A stretch of DNA of 36,390 nucleotides from Sphaeroforma arctica JP610 (taxonomy: Eukaryota), in contig NW_014039771.1 of assembly GCF_001186125.1 (NCBI RefSeq), positions 1-36,390 on the forward strand. The letters run 5' to 3'. The number at the start of each line of letters is the position of its first letter. Position 1 is the first letter of the stretch. Of the stretch, positions 23,401-34,322 are shown one piece after another. The notes below the pieces were generated by a model. The model did not search any database. It was not told the DNA's origin and saw nothing but the letters and a program-made list of their open reading frames with translations. A program made the translations under genes and the position numbers.

Positions 23401-25027
23401 TGCGCAATCCGGTGCACAGTCGTGTGATTTCGCTGTTAGAAAGGTGAGCATTGTGAGCTGACATTTTGACATTGGGTCTTGTTTGCGGTGAGCTTGTCGG
23501 GTAAAGTGATTGTGTACCCTGACAAGCTAACATGTGAGTGCCGATGTTGACATATGTGTCACACATATCTTCCCTAATAAGAGTAGTGTCGGGAGCTGTA
23601 CAGCTACGCTGTATAAATGTCTTGTGTAGGATTTTAATTGAGGTTTGCACGTACCGAATACTGTAGGCACTTTGCGAGGGGACACTCTTGTTATTCCTCG
23701 CCTGTGATCTAGCATATCAACCCAAGCATTCCTAGACAGACACTTCACTTTGTAATTTGACGTTAAACTACTCAATAGGTTGCTTGTTGGTGCTGTGCTT
23801 GCTCATACCGAACACTACATAAAAACTTCGAAGTGTCATGAATGCGACAAACCGTCTACCCCTCACCTGAGCCAACGGAATGTCTGATGCCATCTAGTCG
23901 TCATTAAGCACGTATCTTTCGAACTTGTTGCTTGTACCTTGTCACTGCAGAGCTGTCGCGAACGAATACGCCATTTCTGCACCTGTTATATGGCACGTAT
24001 ACTTACGGATAGCGCTGAAGAAACGCTTGGACACGCCAACATATTTCCTATCGTTAAGCTCGGGTATGGGAGTTGCCAAGGGAGAGAAGGAGGGTGTCGA
24101 CCCAGAGAAGAGAAACAAGCACACAATCACTGCGACCGATGGGGAAAACGCCACTGCGGACGTAGACGCTTCACCGAAGCAATCCCACGAGCGTCCAACA
24201 GGTGAAACACGCACGTCAGGAATACGTGAGCACGAACAACTAGTTACAAGTAACCGAGCACAGGCCAGAAATGGTTTACTTGACAATCGTGCTTGCAGAA
24301 GTTGTTCTACCGAGAATGCTGAGCAGAAGGCCATTGCTGCGAACAATAAGACCGTTGAGGAGGTGTTCTACAGAGCGTTAGAGGCCTGTCCGGGAACGAA
24401 GTCGCTATATATACATGGTATGTTGGCTATGAGTTCCATCCTTCACGTCTGTATCGATCGTACTTTCTCACAGCTGAATGTCTTGGGCACTGGACGTTAG
24501 AAGAATTTAGAAGAGTGTATATCGTGATTGCGATTGCTAGTCCCTCAGTCGTGTTGCACGCTGCATCCGTGTCCCCCGTTGGTCAAATCGTAATACAGTG
24601 TTGAGCATATACAGAACTCTCGAATCATACCTCAAACTGTAGATTTTGCACCATTGACTTGATTTCAACTACGCAGTATAGTTGCTGGCTGCTTGATTTG
24701 GATACTAGATGCCCCCTAATGATTTGTTTTCAGTCAGCGATGAGATGTTTAGCAATTGACTACTAGTTTAGGACCTCCAATTTATTGCAGGAATGTTGTC
24801 TGTGTCATTCTCCATGCGTGTATCACATGCCACTATGTCCTAATTTGTCCTGGTTCTGCTCTGCAACCATGACCCCCTTTCTATTCTGAGCCTTAAATTT
24901 TTGAACTACATTCACAGCCGTATCGAACTTCAGCGATAATGCGGAGGCTTGGCGTATCGCTGTGGACTTGATGCAGGAAAAGGAACTGAGAGTTCGCACG
25001 CCTCTGGAGGAACTGGAGCTATTGTAG
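12761..25027 (+). CDS. NRDE2: NRDE2 homolog (nuclear RNAi-defective 2; HAT-repeat MTR4/spliceosome-associated factor). Approximate exons: 12761-13839, 14212-~14316, ~14784-14865, ~15145-15300, 16034-16297, 16612-17400, 17899-18602, 19099-19240, 19549-19630, 20025-20292, 20806-20897, 21314-21805, 22037-22190, 23288-23443, 23951-24417, 24918-25027
   Basis: K/R/S-rich N-terminus then FKTDKRHDKDNLTYGTPYLKDVPKFHR; LRENPSNTSTWLSLVALQ; EKQLAILEKA; DAGHTELAIGWLQAVVEYNTF; FFEPFWDSEVPRFGERHTKGW; EDADRMVLGEDV; LWYTYCQLELQLGNRKAARKIF; VFYRALEACPGTKSLY; C-terminal DLMQEKELRVRTPLEELELL*. All are characteristic of NRDE2. Junctions from 15300 onward are phase-consistent; the 14.2-15.2 kb part is uncertain. 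Confidence 0.93.
17440..17640. repeat. Intronic compound microsatellite (TA)n / (TATG)n / (TGTATT)n
   Basis: Direct inspection; lies in NRDE2 intron 17401-17898. Confidence 0.95.
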
Positions 25028-25472
25028 TGAGATCGGATCTGTCAGTATTCAGTTACTTCTTCGAACACCGCATGTGAGAGAGATTTGGGTTACACAACAG
25101 TATATATTTAGGTTTTCGTGGAAAGACCAATCGATTGACAGGGGTAAATGGTGTTTCTTAGCTCTTAGGTTGAATTCAGAATGCATAATATTGTGTATTT
25201 AAGACCCTTGTCTTAGATAAAGGATTGTTTGTCGTTCATCAATAGAAGATTCACCTGCGTTGCTGTCTGTATACTGGGGATCGATCGACTCGCGTATACT
25301 ATCAACGTCACTGCCATTAGATGTGAGCATATAAGATCAGCAACAAATTTGCATCAAATCCTTATTCATCGCGCAGCTATTTCAAGCGTAATCAAAAGCA
25401 ATTCCACACTCATGGCGACAGCAGAAATACTTGACAATCCCTAGTTCCGTGTTTATCTAGAGAGAAGTACAA

Positions 25473-26051
25473 GTGACCGCCGCACCCTATTTAAGGTATT
25501 TTCAGTTGCTTCTTAATTTTAGAAAACACACGTTGAATAGTCACAGAAATTCAATTCGGATTCTCAAAACTCGCAACATAGCAATGGGAAATTATATTGA
25601 CGATTATAAATATTTCATAGTTTCTCAAGGTAATTATCCCATGGAATATGGCAACCGGTTTTTTTCTCAGGAGTATGACACCAAAACGTATCAGACATAC
25701 TTGACTATGGTCGAAAAAGAAGCTCAATATCATACAGCGAACAAAAATCGATCTCCTGCTGCTAACTGGCATTTGGCTGTATGCGTTCACAAAGTTGAGT
25801 TCCTGGGCAGAAATCTTAGCTTCGACATAACATATGAAGATGGAATCTTCAAAAGGGTTGATCCTACCGCAATCATCGCCAAATTGCTCTGGCACTTCCA
25901 AACCTCCTGGTTCACTACCGAATTTCTCATGTCTCCCTTGCCCCACGCACCCACCCACACACAGCAATTTACCTCTCGCACTCACAATGCATTCACCATC
26001 CCCTCCTCCGCCTCACCAGTCCTATTATCTCCTCCAACAACGCACTTTTAA
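25473..26051 (+). pseudogene. Orphan ORF, possibly a degenerate reverse transcriptase or RNA-virus polymerase fragment
   Basis: 192-codon intronless ORF with IAMGNYIDD, KVEFLGR and VDPTAIIAKLL motifs; spacing is atypical, so the assignment is weak. Confidence 0.25.
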
Positions 26052-26450
26052 ATTTAATACTAGATAATTGCTGAACGTTGGCACTCATATATTCCCATCT
26101 ACAATACTATGCACCAACTACATCACATCCCATCCTCTCCCACTCATCATCACTCTAAAGCTTAGCATCGCGTTTCCTCTCTTTATCCTACCTATTATCA
26201 CACACCTACACATCACACTAGTGCTTGTCCCACACCCCAATACTCATCCATTTCAAACACCTATCTCTACACCCAAAGTCTATGCGTGTGACATCATCTG
26301 AATTCCAGATGACTACATTCTCAGCAGAGCTTTCGGAGCTGTTGATTTTCATACTTGAGCTCTCCCTAAGAATCTCTCTAATGCTCTTCTTCTGGCTATT
26401 TTCCCATCTCGTGCACTACCCCCTCTGCATCTCGGTGGACGTTCGTTATT

Positions 26451-26827
26451 CACCAATGATTACCTATTCCTAATATGTGATAGGTCAAATACCTCTCCAG
26501 CTCAGCTCCCGCTTCCTAATCAAATGGCTTGCAGTAGCCCCTGTTCTAGATGAGATCATGAACGAAATCGACTTTTAGGGTAACTACTAGGCCAGTCGTT
26601 TGGTCGGGCATTTCACAGCCTTTAACACCTGATATAGAGTTTGTATAACACCACAGAACAAAATAGCACTATAACAAATACAATATGTAGCCATGGATCG
26701 TAAATCCGACCGCAGATTATGGCTCACCCTCTATTGCAACAAATGTTGACAAAAACTCCACACCCCACTGTAGTCCCCAGTGGCCCTGTCTACAGAGTAC
26801 AGACTACTACAGTCCACTCTCCAGTCT
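26451..26827 (+). repeat. Left arm (377 bp) of long inverted repeat
   Basis: Reverse complement of 29859-30243; differs by 2 substitutions and one 8-bp indel, all in the outer ~55 bp. Confidence 0.97.
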
Positions 26828-26919
26828 CCATTATAACTATCTCCACTCTCCAGCGACTCCCGGTGAGTGATTGAGAGCTTCAGAGAAGTGTGAGACTGAG
26901 TCAATGTGAGAGCAAGTCA

Positions 26920-27082
26920 ATGTCCTTCGGACGTTAGTCTGTGTTTCAATTTAGAAGGCTATGGTTCAGCCATATTTTCTTTCTTATCTCTAGTAGAGGG
27001 TCATGCCGTTGTTGATATATTTTTAATCTCTAGTTAGAGGGTTATATGTGAATTCTCTAATTTTTTTTATTAGCCTTCTAAA
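26920..27082 (-). mobile_element. Second fragment of the unclassified dispersed repeat (minihairpin end plus AGAAGGCTA half-sites)
   Basis: atgtccttcggacgttagtc (26920-26939) matches 3376-3395; tttagaaggcta (26950-26961) and its inverse tagccttctaaa (27071-27082). Confidence 0.6.
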
Positions 27083-27301
27083 AATCGTATTCTGTACCGG
27101 TGTACATAGCCGTGTACCGCGTAAATACTAAATACATCCGTGATCCGAATCGACTTTTATTTTAGTTTTTGCGATTGTACTTTTTTAGTTTTTTCAAAAA
27201 CAATTGGTGAAATACAAAATACTCTTTCTCCTTTCGTTTTGTGAACTCTTTCACGCGAGTGCCACTGCCAACCGCCTAAAACACTGCTATTCGTGGATAA
27301 C

Positions 27302-27346
27302 GTGGCGAGTCGCGAGTGGCGAGTGGCGACTGGCACCTGTGGCGAG
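27302..27346. repeat. 7-bp tandem repeat (gtggcga)x4
   Basis: gtggcga gtcgcga gtggcga gtggcga ctggcac. Confidence 0.88.
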
Positions 27347-29049
27347 TACAAAGTGCAAAAGTCAAAATAGCAACGAGTCTGGCACTGCACTCAACAGTCC
27401 GCACTTGGCAGCTGGCACTTGGCAGTACTCTGACACTGCTTTAAAAATAAATACCCTCTTGTGGTTGTCAGGCAAATTTCAAGCTGGCAACGGATATTCT
27501 AAATATTGTTGCTCTTTTAGCTATATCATTTTCATTCCAAATTATTGCGATCATTGGTGATAAGCTCAGCAATGGGGTACGCTTGCAGTATTCGTCTACG
27601 CGTCGATATTCAAAGTGCGGTGTCCGCAAGTCACCCGATGTGCGTAATCCATCTAAAAGGGCTCTGCCTTCTCAACAAGGTTCGACTCGTATCAACGTCA
27701 TGTACTCGAAGCATGGTAAAATTTTTCGGGGGAAACGTATCATATTGTCGCTCAATATCCGAGACAGCATAGCCGAGCATTCCTCCAGGAAGTCTCTAAA
27801 TATTTCTTGAGTAAATCAAATGACTAGCGAGAACATCACCGAACACGATATGTGATGATTTAACGAGACTGTGACCATTGCTCTCTTCGTTTTTGCTTGT
27901 GGATTCCATCGCTAACAGAGATTTAGCAGACAGTGAAAATATGTCTTTTCAGGTTAATATGGGTACCGAAAACCAAGCAGCTCTAGAAGCCTCGATTTGG
28001 TCGAATTGACCATTTTCTTCATACTGTTCATGATCCACAAATTTTACTGGGCCTTAGGACTGAACGATTTACGGATGTTAGGTTTCAAGTCAACAGTTCT
28101 ACAGCTCGAGTGGATATTAATGCCAGCGTGACTTCAGGTATCATCATCGGCCGCACTTGTACATTACAAATGTGTTTTAGGTTTGATATTACAATTATAC
28201 ATCGCGTTATATACGCCAAACTCCATTATCAAGGGACAAGATCTTGTGATAATCATCGAAACCTTTTTGCCATGGATAGGAGATTCAGATTCATGAGATA
28301 TAAGGAAAGATTACTAAATTTATTATATAAACCACTCACAGATGAATTATTGACTCATGTTGAATATAACTGACGCGGTGACGGCTGAAAGTCTGCATGA
28401 CTTGTGTGTTAATCTTCGTCAACACTCTCACACGGCCAATCGTCTATCAGTTGCTTACGCGTGGCAACCCTCCATTGTTGTTGCCAATGATGTATAAAGT
28501 ACAACATACGTGATCCAATGAGTTGTCTACTCGCTCTATTAACCTTTCGGACCCAATCGTCACTTGCTTTTTTAAATTTTATTTAGTTGCTGGCTTGTTG
28601 CCCTGCTGCTCGCTGCTGCGCTTTTGTTTTTATCTTTTTTAGTGTTCTCAATAATTGATTCTTTATGGTTTTTTTATAAGAAAAAGGGTTCTCCTCTGTT
28701 TTGTTTTTATTTTCTTTTAATAAACTTTAGACCGGTAGCTGGTATGTAAATAGCCTGAAGGTGGTATGTAGACTGGGGTCGAGTTTGCGGAGTTTGCATC
28801 TTGCGAATTGAGACTCGAAGCCTAACCTCAAACCGTGTTCCGCTAAAACTTTTAAAAATCGTGTAATAAATATACGTTTACGTTCAACTTTTATTCTATG
28901 TGCGATCCTTTATATGCTCATAGGTGCAACTTACGGGTCTAAACATTTACACGAGTACCATTTTCATGATACAAACCAGTCCTATAAAAAGAATAACCGT
29001 TATAACGTTTTAAAGTCGAATAAATATGCGCTCTATGTTCAACTTCTAT

Positions 29050-29086
29050 CCCGTACCGGCGTACGGGCCAGTCGAGTGTCGACTGG
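29050..29086. other. Two abutting perfect GC-rich hairpins in AT-rich context
   Basis: cccgtac-cggc-gtacggg (29050-29067) directly followed by ccagtcga-gtg-tcgactgg (29068-29086). Confidence 0.8.
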
Positions 29087-29858
29087 TCGAGGCGTGAGTT
29101 TTCATTGGTATAAATTTAAATATTTTATAAATGATGAGCTGGTGACCATTGGTCGAAGACTCGAAGAGAGAAATGATCCTGGTTGAAACCAATGAAAATA
29201 AGCTTAGTCATATTTACTAATTTGGGAGTTGTTTATAAAAACTTAATTTTTCAAGAAATATCAACAAAAAAAAATATGTATGAAAAAAAAATAGCTGTAA
29301 ATATGATGCAGTGAGAACCAGGTCGTTCATCCTGATTATCACCCCTAAATATTTCCTATTTTTTTTTCTATAATGAGTGGTTGCTTTTGGCAGATCTTGA
29401 TTATTTAATGCCAAAACCAATGAGTTTCCAAAATTTGTTTATATTAGGTAGAATAGACTTTTGCCCGGCCCGAATGTTGACACTAAGTAAAATGTACTTT
29501 TTTGGCTTAGCATATACAGGATGAAAAATTTATAACCTATAAAATTTTGACTTAGACATTGGTATCGAAAGGCCTTGAGTAAGGGAGGTCAAACCCGTCG
29601 AGTTTTTAGATTTTCACCATTGGGATCGGGTGTTATTGCCAATACATCGCTTCAAAAAGTCCGGATTGTGAAACCTAATGTCCGCACCAAAAATTAGCCG
29701 AATATTATTAGTCAGCCCAAAACTGCTCTCGAAATCGATTTTAGGTAGTTGCGACGATTTGGCAGTCGTAAGGACCTCAGGGCACACGGGCCTACGGGCC
29801 AAGGCTCCCACCCACCGCCCACACGGACTCACGACTCACAGACTGACTGAGACAGACT

Positions 29859-30243
29859 AGACTGGAGAGTGGACTGTAGTAGTCTGTACTCTGTAGACAG
29901 GGCCACTGGGGACTACAGTGGGGTGTGGAGTTTTTGTCAACATTTGTTGCAATAGAGGGTGAGCCATAATCTGCGGTCGGATTTACGATCCATGGCTACA
30001 TATTGTATTTGTTATAGTGCTATTTTGTTCTGTGGTGTTATACAAACTCTATATCAGGTGTTAAAGGCTGTGAAATGCCCGACCAAACGACTGGCCTAGT
30101 AGTTACCCTAAAAGTCGATTTCGTTCATGATCTCATCTAGAACAGGGGCTACTGCAAGCCATTTGATTAGGAAGCGGGAGCTGAGCTGGAGAGGTAGAGA
30201 GGTATTTGACCTATCATATATAAGGAATAGGTAATCATTGGTG
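29859..30243 (-). repeat. Right arm (385 bp) of long inverted repeat
   Basis: Reverse complement of 26451-26827 with an extra gagaggta tandem copy at 30189-30204. Confidence 0.97.
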
Positions 30244-30858
30244 TATTTGCAGACTCACGAGTCAAAACTGAAAACTCAAATGGACTTGGATGGTTTTAAG
30301 TATTTTTTTACTAAAGTTTCTTTTTAAAAACGTACAAATACTGTATTGAAGCAAGGTATACGGCCCGGGTTTAATGTTTATATAGCGACGATGAATGATG
30401 GTCATCACGATTATTTATTGTTGTGATCGGTGAGTCGGTGACGCGAGTTTATGACTCCGTACGATTGACGAAGCACTAACAAGAGTGATGAGTTGATGAC
30501 TGATGAGTGTACAATGAGTACAGCTTTTTTTTTATACCAACTGACGTCAGTATGTATGTTGATTTTGCTATCTTGGGAGTCAGACTGTCAGAGAGTCTAT
30601 TTTGATCAAGGACGGATTGACGAGAGCGGAGCCGGGAAGACGACTTGGGTTTCGACTTTCGAGTTTTGACTTCCAAAGTTCCAGAGTTAAAATAAATTTT
30701 AAATTTAGTCCCGTAATCTGACCATTCCTTATTGGCTCGTTATTGCAGAAGCCTCAGAACTACAGTTAACAGTACCGCGAGAGGGATTTCTTCCTATTAA
30801 TATTTTGAATAACGTACATGATATTTACAACCGAATTTATTACCAACAATCGATTGTT

Positions 30859-30892
30859 CATAGCCTGTCAAATTACTATTTAGAAGGCTATG
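30859..30892. repeat. Copy of dispersed palindromic site
   Basis: catagcct-gtcaaattactatttaga-aggctatg, further bracketed by inverted caacaatc (30844-30851)/gattgttg (30893-30900). Confidence 0.65.
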
Positions 30893-31300
30893 GATTGTTG
30901 TACATATTGTTTTTTGTTTTTGTTTTTTTTAAATAGAGACAAAAATCACTGAAAAATGATTACACAATATGTGTTCTAAATACGTAAATAGCCTAGAGCG
31001 GCTCTAGAGAGGCTAGAGAGGTATGTACCCCCCACGCTTTCCTGGTATTACGTTTCAAGGTCAGATTTTTTTGAAAATGTTTAAATTGACTGGAATATAC
31101 TATGGTATATAGGCCGCAAGTAATTGAATGAAGAGGTCAAGGGTTACGTAAGCATAAAGCCCAGAAACAGCACTTCAATCAAACGAGGTTGTATTGATGA
31201 AATGATAGACCATTTTATTTTATCGATGTTTTACTATGTAGTATGTACAGGTTTACTAAGTACAGATTATATAGAGGTATTACTTGTGTTACTAAGTCAC

Positions 31301-31547
31301 TTATTCTGGAACTCTACCCAACATCGCCAGTACAGCCGCCGTTGTCTTTCTGCTACAAGTTTTGGCCATAAGCCCAAGCTCCTTGCACATCAGACAAAAC
31401 CGCTGTTTCTTTACAGGTATCTTTGATGTTCTCCTTTTGGCAGGACGACCTTTGCCCATTTTAATCTTGAACGGTATCCAATGTTTATCTTGCGATATAT
31501 CTCCTACTATCAAAGGCGGCATTATCGTCGCATATTGATGCCCGTAA
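31301..31547 (-). mobile_element. C-terminus of a Mutator-like (MULE/MuDR) transposase, probably degenerate; the rest is hidden in the gap
   Basis: MPP...KGRPAKRR...KQRFCLMCKELGLMAKTC matches the GRP-basic plus CX2CX4HX4C knuckle tail of MULE transposases, with His replaced by Leu (CTT at 31372-31370). Confidence 0.7.
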
Positions 31548-32481
31548 NNNNNNNNNNNNNNNNNNNNNNNNNNNNNNNNNNNNNNNNNNNNNNNNNNNNN
31601 NNNNNNNNNNNNNNNNNNNNNNNNNNNNNNNNNNNNNNNNNNNNNNNNNNNNNNNNNNNNNNNNNNNNNNNNNNNNNNNNNNNNNNNNNNNNNNNNNNNN
31701 NNNNNNNNNNNNNNNNNNNNNNNNNNNNNNNNNNNNNNNNNNNNNNNNNNNNNNNNNNNNNNNNNNNNNNNNNNNNNNNNNNNNNNNNNNNNNNNNNNNN
31801 NNNNNNNNNNNNNNNNNNNNNNNNNNNNNNNNNNNNNNNNNNNNNNNNNNNNNNNNNNNNNNNNNNNNNNNNNNNNNNNNNNNNNNNNNNNNNNNNNNNN
31901 NNNNNNNNNNNNNNNNNNNNNNNNNNNNNNNNNNNNNNNNNNNNNNNNNNNNNNNNNNNNNNNNNNNNNNNNNNNNNNNNNNNNNNNNNNNNNNNNNNNN
32001 NNNNNNNNNNNNNNNNNNNNNNNNNNNNNNNNNNNNNNNNNNNNNNNNNNNNNNNNNNNNNNNNNNNNNNNNNNNNNNNNNNNNNNNNNNNNNNNNNNNN
32101 NNNNNNNNNNNNNNNNNNNNNNNNNNNNNNNNNNNNNNNNNNNNNNNNNNNNNNNNNNNNNNNNNNNNNNNNNNNNNNNNNNNNNNNNNNNNNNNNNNNN
32201 NNNNNNNNNNNNNNNNNNNNNNNNNNNNNNNNNNNNNNNNNNNNNNNNNNNNNNNNNNNNNNNNNNNNNNNNNNNNNNNNNNNNNNNNNNNNNNNNNNNN
32301 NNNNNNNNNNNNNNNNNNNNNNNNNNNNNNNNNNNNNNNNNNNNNNNNNNNNNNNNNNNNNNNNNNNNNNNNNNNNNNNNNNNNNNNNNNNNNNNNNNNN
32401 NNNNNNNNNNNNNNNNNNNNNNNNNNNNNNNNNNNNNNNNNNNNNNNNNNNNNNNNNNNNNNNNNNNNNNNNNNNNNNNNN
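31548..32481. other. Assembly gap (934 N)
   Basis: Run of N. Confidence 0.99.
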
Positions 32482-33576
32482 GTGTAAATATTGGTATTTT
32501 CAGTGTGTCTTCACAGTTTCTCTGCAGCAGACATCCGGTTGAATATTGTGCAGTGCGACGTTTCACTTCGATGTTCGCGCGGTTGAAGCAAATGCCCTTG
32601 ATGTCAGTGCATCTGTATCTAATCATAGAATAAAGAAGGACATAAACGAATGAATATATACTTACTTGATACCTCTACTCAAAAAGGCAATAGAGTTGAA
32701 TTTTGATGCATCTCCACAAAGAGGGGGAGTATAGATCGGGTATACGGGGACATTTAGGTGACTAGCTACTGGAATGTTTTTTTTAGAAAAAGTATGTTGT
32801 CATCTATAAATAAGAGCAAGTTGGCGGTGCTAATAAAGAATTAAAAGTTGAAATCGCCAAAATTCTGCCAAATCATGGTCTGTAAATATTTAAAAACAAC
32901 AAATAGAAATCATGTTTCAAATTCTCGAAATTAGAATGTATCAAAGACGTATTTCTGTTTACAGGGATCTAAAATTCAAAGGGATTATGTTGGCAAAACC
33001 CTCTTCAATTCGAAAGAAAAAATAGATCCCGGTATGTAGTCTACTGAGTCTCTACTACTAGTAGCATTTAAATATCAGTTATAGATAGACTCTCTAAATA
33101 GAGAGAGAGAGTCTCTAGCACTACTACGGGTCCACCAGCCCCAGCCCCAGCACCCCCCCCCACGCTGGCCCAAAACAAAAATGCAAATAGGACTCTCCCT
33201 GGGCACCGGAGCATATGCCCAACTAAACCAATTAATATGAGATAATTGGTACCATATTTGGTAATACTTCAAACCCGACTGCAAGCAGATCTGAAGTCAA
33301 AAAGTCTGAACGGTGAAAGCATATATATTTTATACAATACATACCTCACTTTTTGTTTAATTTATACTTAAAAAAAAACAAAAACAAAGTACATAAGTAT
33401 TGTGAAAATACCGCAGGATGTTCTTTTTTTCTGTTTTTTAATATAAAAAATAAATGTAACTAAATACATTTTGTTTTTTACAAAACAAAATATATTTGTT
33501 TGTGTGTTTTTATTTTTGTTTTTTTTATCAAAACGAATAAAAAAATATTTACAAAGCAAAAGACACAGTAAATATA

Positions 33577-33613
33577 CATAGCCTTCTGAAATTTGAACAA
33601 CAAGAAGGCTATG
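33577..33613. repeat. Best-preserved copy of dispersed palindromic site (11-bp perfect arms, 15-bp spacer)
   Basis: catagccttct-gaaatttgaacaaca-agaaggctatg. Confidence 0.75.
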
Positions 33614-33789
33614 CAAAAGAGCACAAAAAAGCTCTTTATTTACTGCTGCTGCTATTGCCTGTGTCACCATATCAGTTTTGTACTTTCCAGAGAGTAGTGT
33701 GATTCTTATTTTAGGAAGTTGTAGCATTGGGATTGGTGGTACATTTTAACGAATACACCAGGTCTCTACAAACTCCAGAAGGTAGTGTG

Positions 33790-33950
33790 AAATACTCTCT
33801 CACTCTCCCTCTATTCTCTACTCGTGTTAGAGAGTGTGTCTACTCTAGTGAGAGAGACTCAGTGAAGCCTTCGCAAGAGCATTGTACATTGTACAATGTA
33901 CAACATAGGTCAACTCAACACTCAACAGTACAGCACTGACAGGCCACAGC
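33790..33950. repeat. Stutter/low-complexity region
   Basis: ctct/agag tracts; tgtacat tgtacaa tgtacaa (33883-33903); (actcaac)x2 (33913-33926). Confidence 0.75.
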
Positions 33951-34322
33951 TCGGATAAAAATCGTAAAATATACTCTTCAGGCCCGCCAAGGACACTTCA
34001 GCTGTTCATACTTCATCTCTGCGACACGATGAAGGGCAAACAATTGTTGTGGGACCAGGAATTTTATAAAGGTCCTCATTAGGGACCTAGATATATAGCC
34101 AATCGCCAGCGGTAATCATGAATAGCGGTAAGAAAGTGAGAAATTCAATACATCAACCTCTCTTGTGTTAAATACCCGCACTCCGGTTCGTCTTTGATCG
34201 ATCAGTCGTAACTTGCAATTTACATATAAAAAGTGGTATTTAAGTGACAATTCATGTATATTATTGCCACATAAGCATCTGACTTACAGGTAAGTTCGAG
34301 TCCGAGCTAGATTGCGAACAGG

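Larger units (their letters stand above)
26451..30243. mobile_element. Candidate 3.8-kb non-autonomous long-TIR (foldback-type) element, CACC...GGTG termini, TATT flanks
   Basis: 377/385-bp inverted arms; tatt at 26447-26450 and 30244-30247 is a possible 4-bp TSD; no transposase recognisable inside. A local inverted duplication is an alternative. Confidence 0.45.

Noticed and set aside
12761..25027. Functional link between NRDE2 (nuclear RNAi factor) and the neighbouring transposon fields
   Set aside because: Proximity alone is not evidence in a TE-rich eukaryotic genome.
27545..28373. Short ORFs and a possible small intron (gtatca...ttttag, ~28138-28180) inside the inverted-repeat interior
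   Set aside because: No recognisable domain in any frame; it may be a captured gene fragment, but this is unsupported.
31481..32626. 353-aa and 441-aa ORFs in the track
   Set aside because: Their length is an artefact of reading through 934 N; only the flanks are informative.
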